Assembly (NCBI GenBank): GCA_963760615.1
Contig: CAVXDX010000012.1
Location: forward strand, 1 to 64,000
Direction: 5' to 3'
Source: an uncultured Candidatus Micrarchaeota archaeon
GTDB lineage: Archaea > Micrarchaeota > Micrarchaeia > Burarchaeales > Fermentimicrarchaeaceae
Length of the DNA stretch: 64,000 bases
Of this stretch, positions 37,365 through 47,901 are shown piece after piece. The notes under the pieces are model-generated. The model saw nothing but the letters and a program-made list of their open reading frames with translations. It was not told the origin of the DNA and ran no database searches. The position numbers and the translations under genes were made by a program. The first letter of the stretch is position 1; each line of letters starts with the position of its first letter.

Positions 37365-38606
37365 CTATTTCTTCTGTGAATGAGACTCCAGCCAGTCATT
37401 GAACTCCTTCTCCAAGTCCTCATGCACCTCTGGAGGAGCTGCTGGCGGCTGGGCTGGCGGGGCTGGAGGAGGCGGCTTGGGTGCTTCCTCCTTTCTGGGC
37501 TGCCTCTTTACAAACGGCAACGCAACAATAACCAACGCGACAATAACGAGCAGGACAACGAACGCGCCTCCAAGGACAAGGAGGGTGTTATCGCCTCCTG
37601 AAGAAGTCTGGTTTGAGGAGGAGTTCGTTGAATTATTTTTAACAGGTATGATGACTGATTTATTAGGTGCACTGACTGGGCACTTCCCAATGGAGTTCAC
37701 CGATGAGTGTATTGAGCTGTTGGCATCTCTGAGCTTTGAGAATGCGACTGTATAGTCATCCGAAGCCAGAGCCTGCGCTGCCTCACTGACAGATTCATTG
37801 GCGCTGCTGAGCTGCGACTCTGAGAGGGTGACATTTGAGCCGCATTTCCTACCCTCTAGGATGACTTTCGCGACAGACGCAATTCTGAGCGCAGTGTCGT
37901 TTATGAGGGATACCACAGCGCTGCAGTTTTTCTTCAACAGCATGAGAGACTCATTTGCAGCGTGAATTGAATTGGATGCGTCTATCATGTAACTCCATGA
38001 GGAGGAGAGCTGGCATTGCCTGAGGGAGGTATTCGCTGCGGAGAGGTTCTGCAATGCACTTCCAAGGTAACCCTTCACTGGAAGCATGCCGCAGCATGAG
38101 CTGCCGTAGCAAATTCCCCCAAGCGCATTGCTCACCTGTTTGAAACCATCTTCCGTGCTCTGCATTCTGGAGAGAACATTCATTTCATAGGGCGAGGTAT
38201 GATAGCTCATAAAGATATCAAAAGATGTCGTGTAGTTATAACCCCCATTACTGCCGATGACTATCACGTTTGTGGGTGAGGAGCCGTTCAGGCCTCCCAT
38301 CATGGTGTATACCCTCAGCGTGCATGAAGCTGTGCTGGATGATGGCAGTACATTGTTGGTGCCTATGCACCTAATCAAGCCACCATCCCTGTAGAAGCCG
38401 ATGCTAGGGTCGTACCACTCATAGGAGAGTGTGAGGGGGCGCGAGGAAGGATTTATGACTGCTATGCTGAATTCCACAGGATTGGGGTTGCCGTCTCCCC
38501 TGCAGTTGCAGCCGCTGAATGATACTGTGCCTGTCTGGTAGGCAATAAGCTGCTGCGCACTAGCCATGCCTATGAAAGCCAGCAGGATAATCAGCTTTAA
38601 CTTCAT
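37365..38606 (-). CDS. Secreted, C-terminally anchored hypothetical surface protein
   Basis: Signal peptide, many N-glycosylation sequons, TM helix and Pro-rich tail. Confidence 0.7.
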   Translation of the reverse strand: MKLKLIILLAFIGMASAQQLIAYQTGTVSFSGCNCRGDGNPNPVEFSIAVINPSSRPLTLSYEWYDPSIGFYRDGGLIRCIGTNNVLPSSSTASCTLRVYTMMGGLNGSSPTNVIVIGSNGGYNYTTSFDIFMSYHTSPYEMNVLSRMQSTEDGFKQVSNALGGICYGSSCCGMLPVKGYLGSALQNLSAANTSLRQCQLSSSWSYMIDASNSIHAANESLMLLKKNCSAVVSLINDTALRIASVAKVILEGRKCGSNVTLSESQLSSANESVSEAAQALASDDYTVAFSKLRDANSSIHSSVNSIGKCPVSAPNKSVIIPVKNNSTNSSSNQTSSGGDNTLLVLGGAFVVLLVIVALVIVALPFVKRQPRKEEAPKPPPPAPPAQPPAAPPEVHEDLEKEFNDWLESHSQKK

Positions 38607-38668
38607 CAGTTCACCACTATAAATTTTGGGCGGGAGAGTATTTAAGGTTTATTTTTCATATCACTAGC

Positions 38669-39397
38669 GTGATACCCGAGAACCACCCGAGGAGGAAATC
38701 CCTCCTTTTGAGGGAGAAGCTTATTGAGGGGTACAAGAAAGGGCTAGTATCCGATGAGGGGCTCATAGCCCATGGTAGGGGGGAGGCTTTTTATTACCTT
38801 CTCGGAGAGAGAACGAGGGAACCTGCTAAGAGAGCAATAAGGGCAGCTGCGGCAGCGCTGCTTCTCGCAAAGAATCCTGTGATTTCTGTGAACGGCAACG
38901 TTGCTGCGCTTGCAGCAGAGAGCGTCGCCGAGCTTGCAAGGGAGATTAATGGCAAGATTGAGGTGAACCTATTCTACAGAACGCGGGAGAGGGCGGAGAG
39001 GATAGGGGGACGCCTCAAGCATGCGGGTGCTGAGAATGTTCTGGGCGTGAATGACGCCTATGCTCGGATACCGGAGCTGTTCAGCGAGAGAAGAAAGGTG
39101 AGCGTGGAGGGGATTTACCTTGCAGACTGCGTGCTCATCCCTCTTGAGGATGGGGACAGGTGCGAGGCGCTTGTGAAGATGGGGAAGAGGACTATTGCCA
39201 TAGACTTGAACCCTCTTTCAAGAACCGCAGTAAAGGCACACATAACAATAGTTGATGAACTGACAATGGCCCTGCCCTTGCTTATCAAGGAGGTTAAGAA
39301 CCTTAGGGTGAAGGATGATGCTTATTTGGAATCGATTCTTAAGAGCTACAACAACAAGAAAGTGCTTGCGGATATGAGGAAGCTGATAAATCTATAG
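38669..39397 (+). CDS. pps: 4-phosphopantoate--beta-alanine ligase (archaeal Pps)
   Basis: [49 protein letters not shown]. Confidence 0.92.
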   Translation: MIPENHPRRKSLLLREKLIEGYKKGLVSDEGLIAHGRGEAFYYLLGERTREPAKRAIRAAAAALLLAKNPVISVNGNVAALAAESVAELAREINGKIEVNLFYRTRERAERIGGRLKHAGAENVLGVNDAYARIPELFSERRKVSVEGIYLADCVLIPLEDGDRCEALVKMGKRTIAIDLNPLSRTAVKAHITIVDELTMALPLLIKEVKNLRVKDDAYLESILKSYNNKKVLADMRKLINL

Positions 39398-39414
39398 TCT
39401 GCAAATGTCCGCTA

Positions 39415-40707
39415 TCAATAAATCTTTGACTGCATGGGCTGGCTGTACACTATTTTTCCTCTTGAGATTGTCATCACAGGCACTCCAACAGTCTGGAAGC
39501 CTTCGAAAGGAGTCCACTTGCACTTTGTGTACAACTCCTTGGCATGTATCTCCCGCTTCTTGTTCAAGTCAACAACCACTATGTCCGCATCACTCCCCTC
39601 TGCAAGCACCCCTTTCTGTGGATACAAGCCCATCCTCTTTGCAGGGTTGATGCTGAGCAACTTTGTAAGCTTATAGAGGTTTATCCACCTCCTTTTCACA
39701 GCAGTCAGCATGAGAGGAAGCATCGTCTCTATGCCCGGAACTCCTGCGGGAGCCTCCCAGTAGGGCTTCTTCTTCTCATCCTTGGTGTGGGGTGCATGGT
39801 CGCTTGCAACAATGTCAACAACACCTGTTTTTATGCCCTTCCAGAGAGCAGCCTGGTCCTCCCTGCTTCTGAGAGGAGGGTTCATCTTACCGAAGTTCCC
39901 AAGCTCCTTCATATTCTCTTCGGTGAGGAATAGGTGGTGTGGCGTGACGTCGCATGTCACATCCATCATCCGCTTCATGCTTCTCACAAGCCTCAGAGAC
40001 TCCTTTGTTGAGAGGTGAGTGAGGTGCAGCTTGACACCCGCAGCCATTCCGAGCTGCAGTGCAGTTGCAACTGCAACAGATTCTGAGAGCGGCGGGCGTG
40101 CTGCCGGATGCAGGAGAGGGTCGTTCCTCTTCTTCAGCTTCTCCCTGAAATATGAGTTTATATCCGCATCCTCAGCATGCGTTATGGCAACCTTCCCAGT
40201 CTTTGTTATCTCCTCATAGGCCTCAAGGAGCTCATTCTTGCTAACCTGCAGCTCCCCGAAGGACTCGCACATGAATATCTCGCCGAAAGCCCCTACTGCA
40301 TTGGCCATGCCTGCAAGCTCGTGTATATTGCCCTTCCTCACTCCTCCGCATATTCTGTAGTCTATCACGCATTTTGAGCTTGCCAGCCTGCTCTTCTCCT
40401 GAATCCTCTGCAGGGTGGTTGTAGGTGGCATGGTATTCGGCATTTCAAAAACTAGAGTTACACCTCCGTGGGCAGCAGCTTTGCTGCCGTTCTCCCAGTC
40501 CTCCTTGTACTCCATCCCTGGCTCGCGGAAGTGCGCGTGTATGTCAATCACGCCAGGCAGCATCACCTCCTTCTTGAAGACAAATGTCTTCTCAGCTTCC
40601 TCGAGGTGCCTGCCAACCTTAGCTATTTTCCCCTCGCTTATTCCAAGCTCGCATTCCACAAGCCTCCTATTCAGCAATGCGTGCCCGGCAAGCTTTAGCT
40701 CGTACAT
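39415..40707 (-). CDS. pyrC: Dihydroorotase
   Basis: DIHAHFREPG, MPNT.P, HAED, KMNPPLR, ASDHAPH, PAGVPG. Confidence 0.9.
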   Translation of the reverse strand: MYELKLAGHALLNRRLVECELGISEGKIAKVGRHLEEAEKTFVFKKEVMLPGVIDIHAHFREPGMEYKEDWENGSKAAAHGGVTLVFEMPNTMPPTTTLQRIQEKSRLASSKCVIDYRICGGVRKGNIHELAGMANAVGAFGEIFMCESFGELQVSKNELLEAYEEITKTGKVAITHAEDADINSYFREKLKKRNDPLLHPAARPPLSESVAVATALQLGMAAGVKLHLTHLSTKESLRLVRSMKRMMDVTCDVTPHHLFLTEENMKELGNFGKMNPPLRSREDQAALWKGIKTGVVDIVASDHAPHTKDEKKKPYWEAPAGVPGIETMLPLMLTAVKRRWINLYKLTKLLSINPAKRMGLYPQKGVLAEGSDADIVVVDLNKKREIHAKELYTKCKWTPFEGFQTVGVPVMTISRGKIVYSQPMQSKIY

Positions 40708-40744
40708 ACGACCACTAATTTATTAATGGCACCCATTTAAATTT

Positions 40745-41269
40745 ATGGATGTTGCCACGGCACTTGGAGTCGCAAGCAATGCAATGGGTCCTGTAACAAG
40801 CTTCATGGCCAGCCAGAATATCGGCATTCTCACTACATTTTCACTCTTCGCAGACCAGTACACCTACGCAGTGCTGCCTGCATTGATTATAGTTTTCTAC
40901 AAGAAGCTTGGGAGGAGAAGGGTGGCATCTCTTGCACTGTGCATGCTACTGCTTTACATATCCGTAACATCCCTCAAAATATTTTTCCACGAGCCAAGGC
41001 CATGCAATGAATACCTCAAGACAAGCTGCCCTGAGGATTACTCCCTTCCGAGTGGGCATGCGTCGGTTGCTTTCGCGTTTGCATTCTTCTCTGTCGGCAC
41101 GGTTGCCTTCCCATTCTATTATGTGAGCGCCTTCCTTATTGCACTGAGCAGAATCTACCTGGGGGTGCATACGCTCAATGATGTTGCGGGCGGAGCAGTT
41201 GTAGGCATTTTCAGTTATTTTGTTTCCGAAAAGGTGGTTGGAGCATGCTTGAGATACGTAGGAGGTTAA
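40745..41269 (+). CDS. PAP2-family phosphatase
   Basis: K....RP, PSGHA, SRIYLGVH..DV. Confidence 0.88.
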   Translation: MDVATALGVASNAMGPVTSFMASQNIGILTTFSLFADQYTYAVLPALIIVFYKKLGRRRVASLALCMLLLYISVTSLKIFFHEPRPCNEYLKTSCPEDYSLPSGHASVAFAFAFFSVGTVAFPFYYVSAFLIALSRIYLGVHTLNDVAGGAVVGIFSYFVSEKVVGACLRYVGG

Positions 41270-41805
41270 TCCACATATCGGTTGGGTTGTTTATTATAGC
41301 AGCTCTCTCTATCTGGGGGGCTGGCTACTATGAATACGTAGAGGGAACACTTTTTGCGATGTTCCTTGTTGGGCTGTGGATAACTGACCAGAAGCTGAAG
41401 AGGAGGAAGCTGCCTGTTGTGGATTACATGCTTGAGATGTTTGAGAGACCGCATGCTCTCCCAACTTATGGGGCTTTCTGGTATGGGATGGGCGTGCTGC
41501 TGTTGTTTTCATTCATGAAGGACTTGAACTACATACAAGCAGGAATAGGCATTCTGGCCATAGGGGATGGCATAGCAACATTGGTTGGCAGGAGCGGGAA
41601 TATAAGAATTTTCTACAACCCGAACAAAACCATTGAGGGGACTGCTGCTTTCTTCATTGCCAGCTCCCTTGTTGCATATATTTTCCTTGGAAGCGCAGGA
41701 GTTATGCTCTCCCTGCTCTGCTCGCTTGCGGAGAGTGTGGACTGGGGAGTGGATGACAATTTCATCATTCCTTTAACATGCGTGCTGTTCTATCTTTTAG
41801 TATAG
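41245..41805 (+). CDS. Dolichol/phytol kinase-like membrane protein
   Basis: RRLIHI, LAIGDG.ATLVG, KTIEGT, DDNF. Confidence 0.82.
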   Translation: MLEIRRRLIHISVGLFIIAALSIWGAGYYEYVEGTLFAMFLVGLWITDQKLKRRKLPVVDYMLEMFERPHALPTYGAFWYGMGVLLLFSFMKDLNYIQAGIGILAIGDGIATLVGRSGNIRIFYNPNKTIEGTAAFFIASSLVAYIFLGSAGVMLSLLCSLAESVDWGVDDNFIIPLTCVLFYLLV

Positions 41806-41830
41806 AAACTATGCAGTTTTACAGTATACT

Positions 41831-44800
41831 TTAGCAAGCACAGTATAAAGTACTACACGCGGTAACGCATTGGTAGTCGGTTCCCGTGTGGCAGAAGTTA
41901 TCGCAGTTGCAACAGACCTGAGACCCAGGACAAGTACCAGTTGGATGTGCGTTATCACAAGCGCCAGCTGCTGACTGACATGTTCCTCCGCTGCATGTAC
42001 CTGATTGGCATACTCCAGGGCATAGGCATGCTTGCCCGTTTGCTAAAGAACCTGCGGTTATGCAGTATGAAGCACCTGTACCTCCTCCCTTGCACATATT
42101 GGCGCACTTATAGTTGTTGGTTGCGCCGCATGCTACTGCATTGCAACTGTTTGAACTGCAGGTACCACAGACTGCACAGGCAGCTGTTGATGAAACTGCA
42201 GTGCATGATGGGGTTGATGTGGTGGTAGTGCAGCCTACTGTTGGGAAATAGTGGGTTGCGTCGCAGTTTGTGATTGGGTTGGATGAGCAGGTGGCGAGAG
42301 TGCCAAAGTAATAGCCGCAGAGACTGGGTGTATTTGCGTAGTATCCTTGGCATACGCCGGGGTTACCCGAACATGCTCCTGAAGTGCACATTCCAGCGCA
42401 GTAGCAGGTTGCTCCTGTTCCGCCTTTGGCTACGCAGTTTCCTCCACCTGTTCCTAGACCATTGCATACACTGGGACTAGTACAGCCATAGCCGTTTGTT
42501 GTACCGCATGATTTTGTACCGCAGGTATCACCAGTGCCGGTGCAGTCTCCGCATACCGCGCAATAGCCTGAAACACATGATAGCTGAGCGCCTAGTATGC
42601 AGGTTGGTTGTGATGCGCTGACTTTATAGCCTGATGCGCAGAATGCATTTGCGGGTCCGCATGAGGCAGAATTTCCATAGTAATAGCCGCAGAGATTTGG
42701 TAATGACTGGTAATAGCGTGAGCATTTATGGGTGGTGGTATTGCAGACCAGCCCACCTGTGCACATTTCAGGACAGTAACAGTCAGCTCCCTCAGTGCTG
42801 GATGGGGGTACGCAGTTTCCTCCACCTGTTCCTAGACCATTGCATACACTGGGACTAGTACAGCCATAGCCGTTTGTTGTACCGCATGATTTTGTACCGC
42901 AGGTATCACCAGTGCCGGTGCAGTCTCCGCATACCGCGCAATAGCCTGAAACACATGATAGCTGAGCGCCTAGTATGCAGGTTGGTTGTGATGCGCTGAC
43001 TTTATAGCCTGATGCGCAGAATGCATTTGCGGGTCCGCATGAGGCAGAATTTCCATAGTAATAGCCGCAGAGATTTGGTAATGACTGGTAATAGCGTGAG
43101 CATTTATGGGTGGTGGTATTGCAGACCAGCCCACCTGTGCACATTTCAGGACAGTAACAGTCAGCTCCCTCAGTGCTGGATGGGGGTACGCAGTTTCCTC
43201 CACCTGTTCCTAGACCATTGCATACACTGGGACTAGTACAGCCATAGCCGTTTGTTGTACCGCATGATTTTGTACCGCAGGTATCACCAGTGCCGGTGCA
43301 GTCTCCGCATACCGCGCAATAGCCTGAAACACATGATAGCTGAGCGCCTAGTATGCAGGTTGGTTGTGATGCGCTGACTTTCTTGCTTGCTGGACAACTT
43401 GTGATTGGGTTGGAGGAGCAGGTGGAAGAAGTTCCATTGTAATAGGCGCAGAGATTTGGTAATGACTGGTAATAGCGTGAGCATTTATGGGTGGTGGTAT
43501 TGCAGACCAGCCCACCTGTGCACATTTCAGGACAGTAACAGTCAGCTCCTTCGATGCTGGATGGAGCAGCACAGTGGCTTGCTCCGGTTCCCACTCCATC
43601 GCAGACATTACCACTTGTTGAGCATCCATATGTAGTTCCACAAGCAGCAATCCCGCAGGTATCCGTCCCATCACCAACACAGTCTCCGCAAGTTGCACAT
43701 GAACCAGATGAAGTTTCTGGCTGGCAGAATTTATAGCCTGATGATAAACAGTCTTGAATTGGGAAGTACTTTCCTGAACTGCAGTAGGTTGTAGTAAGTC
43801 CAGAACCGCATCCACCCGTTGTTGTTGACTGATAACCACAGAGGTTGGTGGTGTTCCGGTAGAAGTAAGTTTGTGCTGTGCAGATACCACCCACGCATGT
43901 CGTTCCACCGGTGCAGACATTGCCGCAGTATCCGCAGTTGCTGTCGTTTGTATTCAGGTCAGGAACCTCGCATGCATCTGATGAATCATTATTGCAGTTT
44001 ACAGAGGTGCCAGGGCAGTTAGTATAAATTCCGCCAGTGCAGTAGAACATATTTCCACAGTCATCTATTGATCCTGTGCAGCATTGAATCTGGTAGTTGA
44101 TTCTGCCATCGCTGCCGCCTGTTGAGTTTGAGCATATACGGGTGCCTTTTGAGATTTTATCACATGCCGGCCAGAATGTTAGGGTATTGGGAGGACAGCC
44201 ATTTTGACCTAAGCAGGATGCATTGCATATGCCGTTAAATGTGCAGGCTGCATTGCAGGCAGCAATGCATTGGCCTCCCTGACATGCAGTTCCCATCGGG
44301 CAGACATTGCCGCAGTGTCCGCAGTTGCTGTTGTTTGTAAGCAGATTCACCTCGCATGCATCTGATGAATTATAATTGCAGTTTGCAAACCCAATTGAAC
44401 AACCAGTGCAACTGCCACTGCTGCAGTATGATGTGTTCCCGCAGCTTGTTATCGCCCCGTTGCAGCATGAAACATTGTAGTTGATTGTGCCTGTTGTTCC
44501 ACCTGACGAGTCTGTACACAGTTGAACATTGGCACCAACATTGCCATTGCAGGCTGGGAATATTGAGGAACAGCCGGAACAGGTTGCATTGCATTTGTTG
44601 TTAAATGTGCAGTCTGGCATGCATGTGTTGGTGCACGCAGCGCAGTCACTTGGGCAGTTGACGCAGCTTTCTCCATTCGCAGTATCGCAGTGGGTATCTC
44701 CGCACCAGCCAATTGTTGTTGATGTATCCTGATAACACCTGTAACCTGGAGGTGCTGTGCCTCCTGTTGAATTTGGAAGGGACCTTGGCGCCCCGAGGCA

Positions 44801-45964
44801 GCATGTAACATAATAGTTGAGGAGAGGAGGAGTGCCTTCGGGTGCTGTGCCTCCTATTGAATTTGTGCATTTCTGGGAGTTTAGAGTATATGTATCGCAG
44901 ACAGGCTGCGGGAACTGGTTCCACGCCCCGCAACCGGAAGAGCTGCAGGAAGAATTGCACGGCAGGTTGGGATTGCCAGTTACACCAAAAGTACAGTCTG
45001 AGAAGCAGTGCGGGATGCCAGTACACGGTGGGCAGTCAGCTGGGCAGTTGCTGCAGTTCTTTCCATGCACCTGGGCATTAGCACTGCAGTCGCCATCCCC
45101 GCAGTAGCCAATAGTTATTGGGGTGTTCTGGTTGTTCTGGTAGCAGTTTGTAGCATTGTTCAGTGCTCCATTGCAGCATTGAACATAGTAGTTCAACGCA
45201 CCGGATATAGCCCCTGACGAGTCTGCGCACACCTGAGATTTGTTAGAATTGCCATTGCAGGCTGTTTGGAAGCCTAAGCAACCATTAACCCCTATGCAGG
45301 ATTGGTTGCATACACCATTAATTGAGCAGTCCGAAAGGCATACTGGACCGGCGCATGGACCGCAGTCAGCAGGACAGCTGCTGCATGTCTCCCCTGCTGT
45401 GCACACCCCATCCCCGCAATAGGATGGCGTGCCAGCTGGGCGCGCCTCAAAGGTGGCGGTGATTGCTCCATGGGAAGTCCTGTTCAACCCTCCAACGCAG
45501 CTGTTTGGGTAGTTTGGAGAAGTTTCGCAATCAACATAGTTCAGAGCCACATCAAATTTGACATTCTTGTTTATTGATGGAATCACATCAGTGTCTGTTA
45601 TATTGAAGGAGCAGTATACAGTGTCACCCTCCCTTACGATGGTTCCAGTGCCCCAGCAGTATCCGGCGTAGCTGTTCGTTCCTGTCTTGCCGACATTTGT
45701 GACGTTTACTGTCTGGGTTCCATTGAAGGTTATTACCTTCCCCATGCCGTTGTTCAGCTGGAATACAAGCCTCATCCCTCCGCTGCTGTTTTTGAAGAAC
45801 TTGAAGGTCTGGCAGGGCATACCAACCCCGAAGTTGCACTGGGGCGCAGGCTGCTGCGAAGAGAGGTAGTAGAATGCCACAAAGGCTACGAGAAGAATAA
45901 GCAGGAAGGCCCAGCTGTAAGCGGTTATAAACTCAATAGCCGACTGTGCCTTCTGGACCACCAT
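41831..45964 (-). CDS. Giant Cys-rich repetitive pilin-like surface protein
   Basis: QKA/QSAIEF class III signal, pilin-like domain, then >1,100 aa of Cys/Gly/Thr/Ser/Asn-rich repeats. Confidence 0.8.
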   Translation of the reverse strand: MVVQKAQSAIEFITAYSWAFLLILLVAFVAFYYLSSQQPAPQCNFGVGMPCQTFKFFKNSSGGMRLVFQLNNGMGKVITFNGTQTVNVTNVGKTGTNSYAGYCWGTGTIVREGDTVYCSFNITDTDVIPSINKNVKFDVALNYVDCETSPNYPNSCVGGLNRTSHGAITATFEARPAGTPSYCGDGVCTAGETCSSCPADCGPCAGPVCLSDCSINGVCNQSCIGVNGCLGFQTACNGNSNKSQVCADSSGAISGALNYYVQCCNGALNNATNCYQNNQNTPITIGYCGDGDCSANAQVHGKNCSNCPADCPPCTGIPHCFSDCTFGVTGNPNLPCNSSCSSSGCGAWNQFPQPVCDTYTLNSQKCTNSIGGTAPEGTPPLLNYYVTCCLGAPRSLPNSTGGTAPPGYRCYQDTSTTIGWCGDTHCDTANGESCVNCPSDCAACTNTCMPDCTFNNKCNATCSGCSSIFPACNGNVGANVQLCTDSSGGTTGTINYNVSCCNGAITSCGNTSYCSSGSCTGCSIGFANCNYNSSDACEVNLLTNNSNCGHCGNVCPMGTACQGGQCIAACNAACTFNGICNASCLGQNGCPPNTLTFWPACDKISKGTRICSNSTGGSDGRINYQIQCCTGSIDDCGNMFYCTGGIYTNCPGTSVNCNNDSSDACEVPDLNTNDSNCGYCGNVCTGGTTCVGGICTAQTYFYRNTTNLCGYQSTTTGGCGSGLTTTYCSSGKYFPIQDCLSSGYKFCQPETSSGSCATCGDCVGDGTDTCGIAACGTTYGCSTSGNVCDGVGTGASHCAAPSSIEGADCYCPEMCTGGLVCNTTTHKCSRYYQSLPNLCAYYNGTSSTCSSNPITSCPASKKVSASQPTCILGAQLSCVSGYCAVCGDCTGTGDTCGTKSCGTTNGYGCTSPSVCNGLGTGGGNCVPPSSTEGADCYCPEMCTGGLVCNTTTHKCSRYYQSLPNLCGYYYGNSASCGPANAFCASGYKVSASQPTCILGAQLSCVSGYCAVCGDCTGTGDTCGTKSCGTTNGYGCTSPSVCNGLGTGGGNCVPPSSTEGADCYCPEMCTGGLVCNTTTHKCSRYYQSLPNLCGYYYGNSASCGPANAFCASGYKVSASQPTCILGAQLSCVSGYCAVCGDCTGTGDTCGTKSCGTTNGYGCTSPSVCNGLGTGGGNCVAKGGTGATCYCAGMCTSGACSGNPGVCQGYYANTPSLCGYYFGTLATCSSNPITNCDATHYFPTVGCTTTTSTPSCTAVSSTAACAVCGTCSSNSCNAVACGATNNYKCANMCKGGGTGASYCITAGSLANGQACLCPGVCQSGTCSGGTCQSAAGACDNAHPTGTCPGSQVCCNCDNFCHTGTDYQCVTACSTLYCAC
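42431..43564. repeat. 378-bp (126-codon) tandem repeat, ~3 copies
   Basis: TACGCAGTTTCCTCCACCTG at 42431, 42809, 43187; identical shadow ORFs 378 nt apart. Confidence 0.9.
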
Positions 45965-46002
45965 AAAATAGGGTTTTGGCAAGGGAATATATAAAACTAT
46001 AG

Positions 46003-46176
46003 CTATTTCTCCCTCAAAACAACAAGGGGTATGACTCCCTTTTCAAACTCCATGTAGGCAATTTTAACTGGATTTATCAGCTTTTCAGGCAATTCTATGA
46101 TTGGGGGTGCGCCTGATGCAAGCTGCAATGCTCGCGCACCGATGACTCTTGCTTTCTCAAACCTGGTCAATTCCAT
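46003..46176 (-). CDS. rpoK: RNA polymerase subunit Rpo6/K
   Basis: Hand-translated MELTRFEKARVIGARALQLASGAP...EFEKGVIPLVV. Confidence 0.93.
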   Translation of the reverse strand: MELTRFEKARVIGARALQLASGAPPIIELPEKLINPVKIAYMEFEKGVIPLVVLREK

Positions 46177-46185
46177 TATATCACC

Positions 46186-47367
46186 TTATACTAATGCACC
46201 CAGAACCTTTAATAGCTGAGGCCTCTTAAGCAGAACCTTCTGGACAACTGGCTTGTAGTCGCCCTTTATGAGCTCATCCAAATCCTTGTCAGTGAGGTTC
46301 TCAAAAATTGCATTGAAGTCGTCATCATCAAGCTTCTCAAGCACCTTCCTCAAACGCAGCCTCCTCATGAGCTTTGGCTCCACCTTCCTCCTCCACCTGC
46401 TCTCATACTCATAGAGGCTCTTCCTGTCTGCCTTCCCCTCAGCTGCGCACTTTGCTGCAACCTCGCCTGCCATACCCCCTGCCTCCATGGCAAGAGCCAT
46501 CCCACCCCCGTGGATTGGGTCAACTTGGTGCGCTGCAGTCCCAACAATCATCAGCCCATCTGCAACAAGCTCCTTCAAAGGCTCTCCAACTGGTATCAGA
46601 CCTCCTTTTATTGCAACTGTCTGAGCTCCTTGGAAACGCTCGTTGTTCTTTATGAACCTATCCAAGTATTCAACCGCATTGCCCTTCTCCAAGCCGCCTA
46701 TGCCCACTCCCACATTGGCAACATCCTTGCCCTTCGGAAACACCCACACATATCCTCTGGGGGCTGCACTCTTGCTGAAGTATATCTCAATCAAATCCCG
46801 GCATTCTACATTCACCATCTCGTACTCTATGCCGAAGTCCGTATCGTAAAGAGTAGCAGTTGAATCCACTCCTGCCATTCTCGCAATTGTGGACTCCCCT
46901 CCATCTGCAGCTATGAGCACCTTGCAGTTTGCCTCAAACTTCTCCCCAGCGCAGTTTGCTTTCACCCCGCAAACCTTTCCATCCTTCTTCATGACCTCAT
47001 AAACTTCTGTCTTGGCAATGACTTCTGCTCCAGACCTTCCTGCATCAATTGCCAAATCCTTGTCGAAGACCTTCCTGTCAATAACATACCCCCTTGTCTC
47101 CGGGTTCTGTATCTTGACCTCCCTCTTCATATTGGGCGAGTATAAAACTGAGCCGCTTATTTCAGCTGATATTGCTTTTGGTGATATTTTCAAGCCAAGC
47201 TCATCCAGCCAGTGGGAACCAAGTCCCTCACCGCAGCGGACTGGAGCTCCGAGCTCCTTTCTCCTGTCAATAAGCAAAACTGAAGCACCTGCTTGGGCAG
47301 CTTTCTTTGCGGCAAAACTGCCTCCAGGTCCTGCTCCAACAACTATGACATCATAATCTGTTTTCAC
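46186..47367 (-). CDS. Digeranylgeranylglycerophospholipid reductase
   Basis: GAGPGG, PVRCGEG, ADGGES, YVWVFPKG, DPIHGGGM. Confidence 0.88.
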   Translation of the reverse strand: MKTDYDVIVVGAGPGGSFAAKKAAQAGASVLLIDRRKELGAPVRCGEGLGSHWLDELGLKISPKAISAEISGSVLYSPNMKREVKIQNPETRGYVIDRKVFDKDLAIDAGRSGAEVIAKTEVYEVMKKDGKVCGVKANCAGEKFEANCKVLIAADGGESTIARMAGVDSTATLYDTDFGIEYEMVNVECRDLIEIYFSKSAAPRGYVWVFPKGKDVANVGVGIGGLEKGNAVEYLDRFIKNNERFQGAQTVAIKGGLIPVGEPLKELVADGLMIVGTAAHQVDPIHGGGMALAMEAGGMAGEVAAKCAAEGKADRKSLYEYESRWRRKVEPKLMRRLRLRKVLEKLDDDDFNAIFENLTDKDLDELIKGDYKPVVQKVLLKRPQLLKVLGALV

Positions 47368-47371
47368 ACAA

Positions 47372-47545
47372 TCACTTCCTGAACTCAATAGCCTTCATGG
47401 GACACGCTTTGGCGCACACACCGCAGTTTATGCACTTCTTCTCATCGTACTCTATGAAAGTTTCCTTAAGAATAAGAGCAAGTTTTGGGCACACGCCCAC
47501 ACACGCCCCGCAGTAGATGCACCTGTGCCTGTCTATCTTTATCAA
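47372..47545 (-). CDS. 2[4Fe-4S] ferredoxin
   Basis: Hand-translated CIYCGACVGVCP and CINCGVCAKACP; directly upstream of the GGR gene. Confidence 0.9.
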   Translation of the reverse strand: MIKIDRHRCIYCGACVGVCPKLALILKETFIEYDEKKCINCGVCAKACPMKAIEFRK

Positions 47546-47620
47546 ACTCACACCTTTGGCTCTTGAATTATAGCACTAAGCTAATAAAAAACTAACTGAA
47601 GCCTGACATACAGTTTATTC

Positions 47621-47890
47621 CTAGCAAACTGATAAAATGGTAGTGGCCAGGAGTGCTGCTAGAATTATAACTAACGGTAGAGAAAGAATTGGATTTTGGG
47701 ATGATACGATAATGAGAGTTATAAACATGTAAAAGATTATGATGTAATATAATTGTGGAGTTGCACAGTGATTGGGTTCCGCATAAGCCATAAAAAGAAA
47801 TCCCAAAATAAGTATTGTTGTCAAAATTTGGAGCAGTAGCCTATACTTCCTTTGATTATCTGGTTTATTTAATTCACCTTTCTTTGCCAT
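47621..47890 (-). CDS. Small AT-rich membrane hypothetical protein
   Basis: Three hydrophobic segments, SD-like GGTGG. Confidence 0.45.
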   Translation of the reverse strand: MAKKGELNKPDNQRKYRLLLQILTTILILGFLFMAYAEPNHCATPQLYYIIIFYMFITLIIVSSQNPILSLPLVIILAALLATTILSVC

Positions 47891-47901
47891 CCAACCACCC
47901 A

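Noticed and set aside
41941-45869. Many short ORFs on both strands within the giant pilin gene
   Set aside because: Shadow frames of Cys/Gly/Thr-biased repetitive coding sequence
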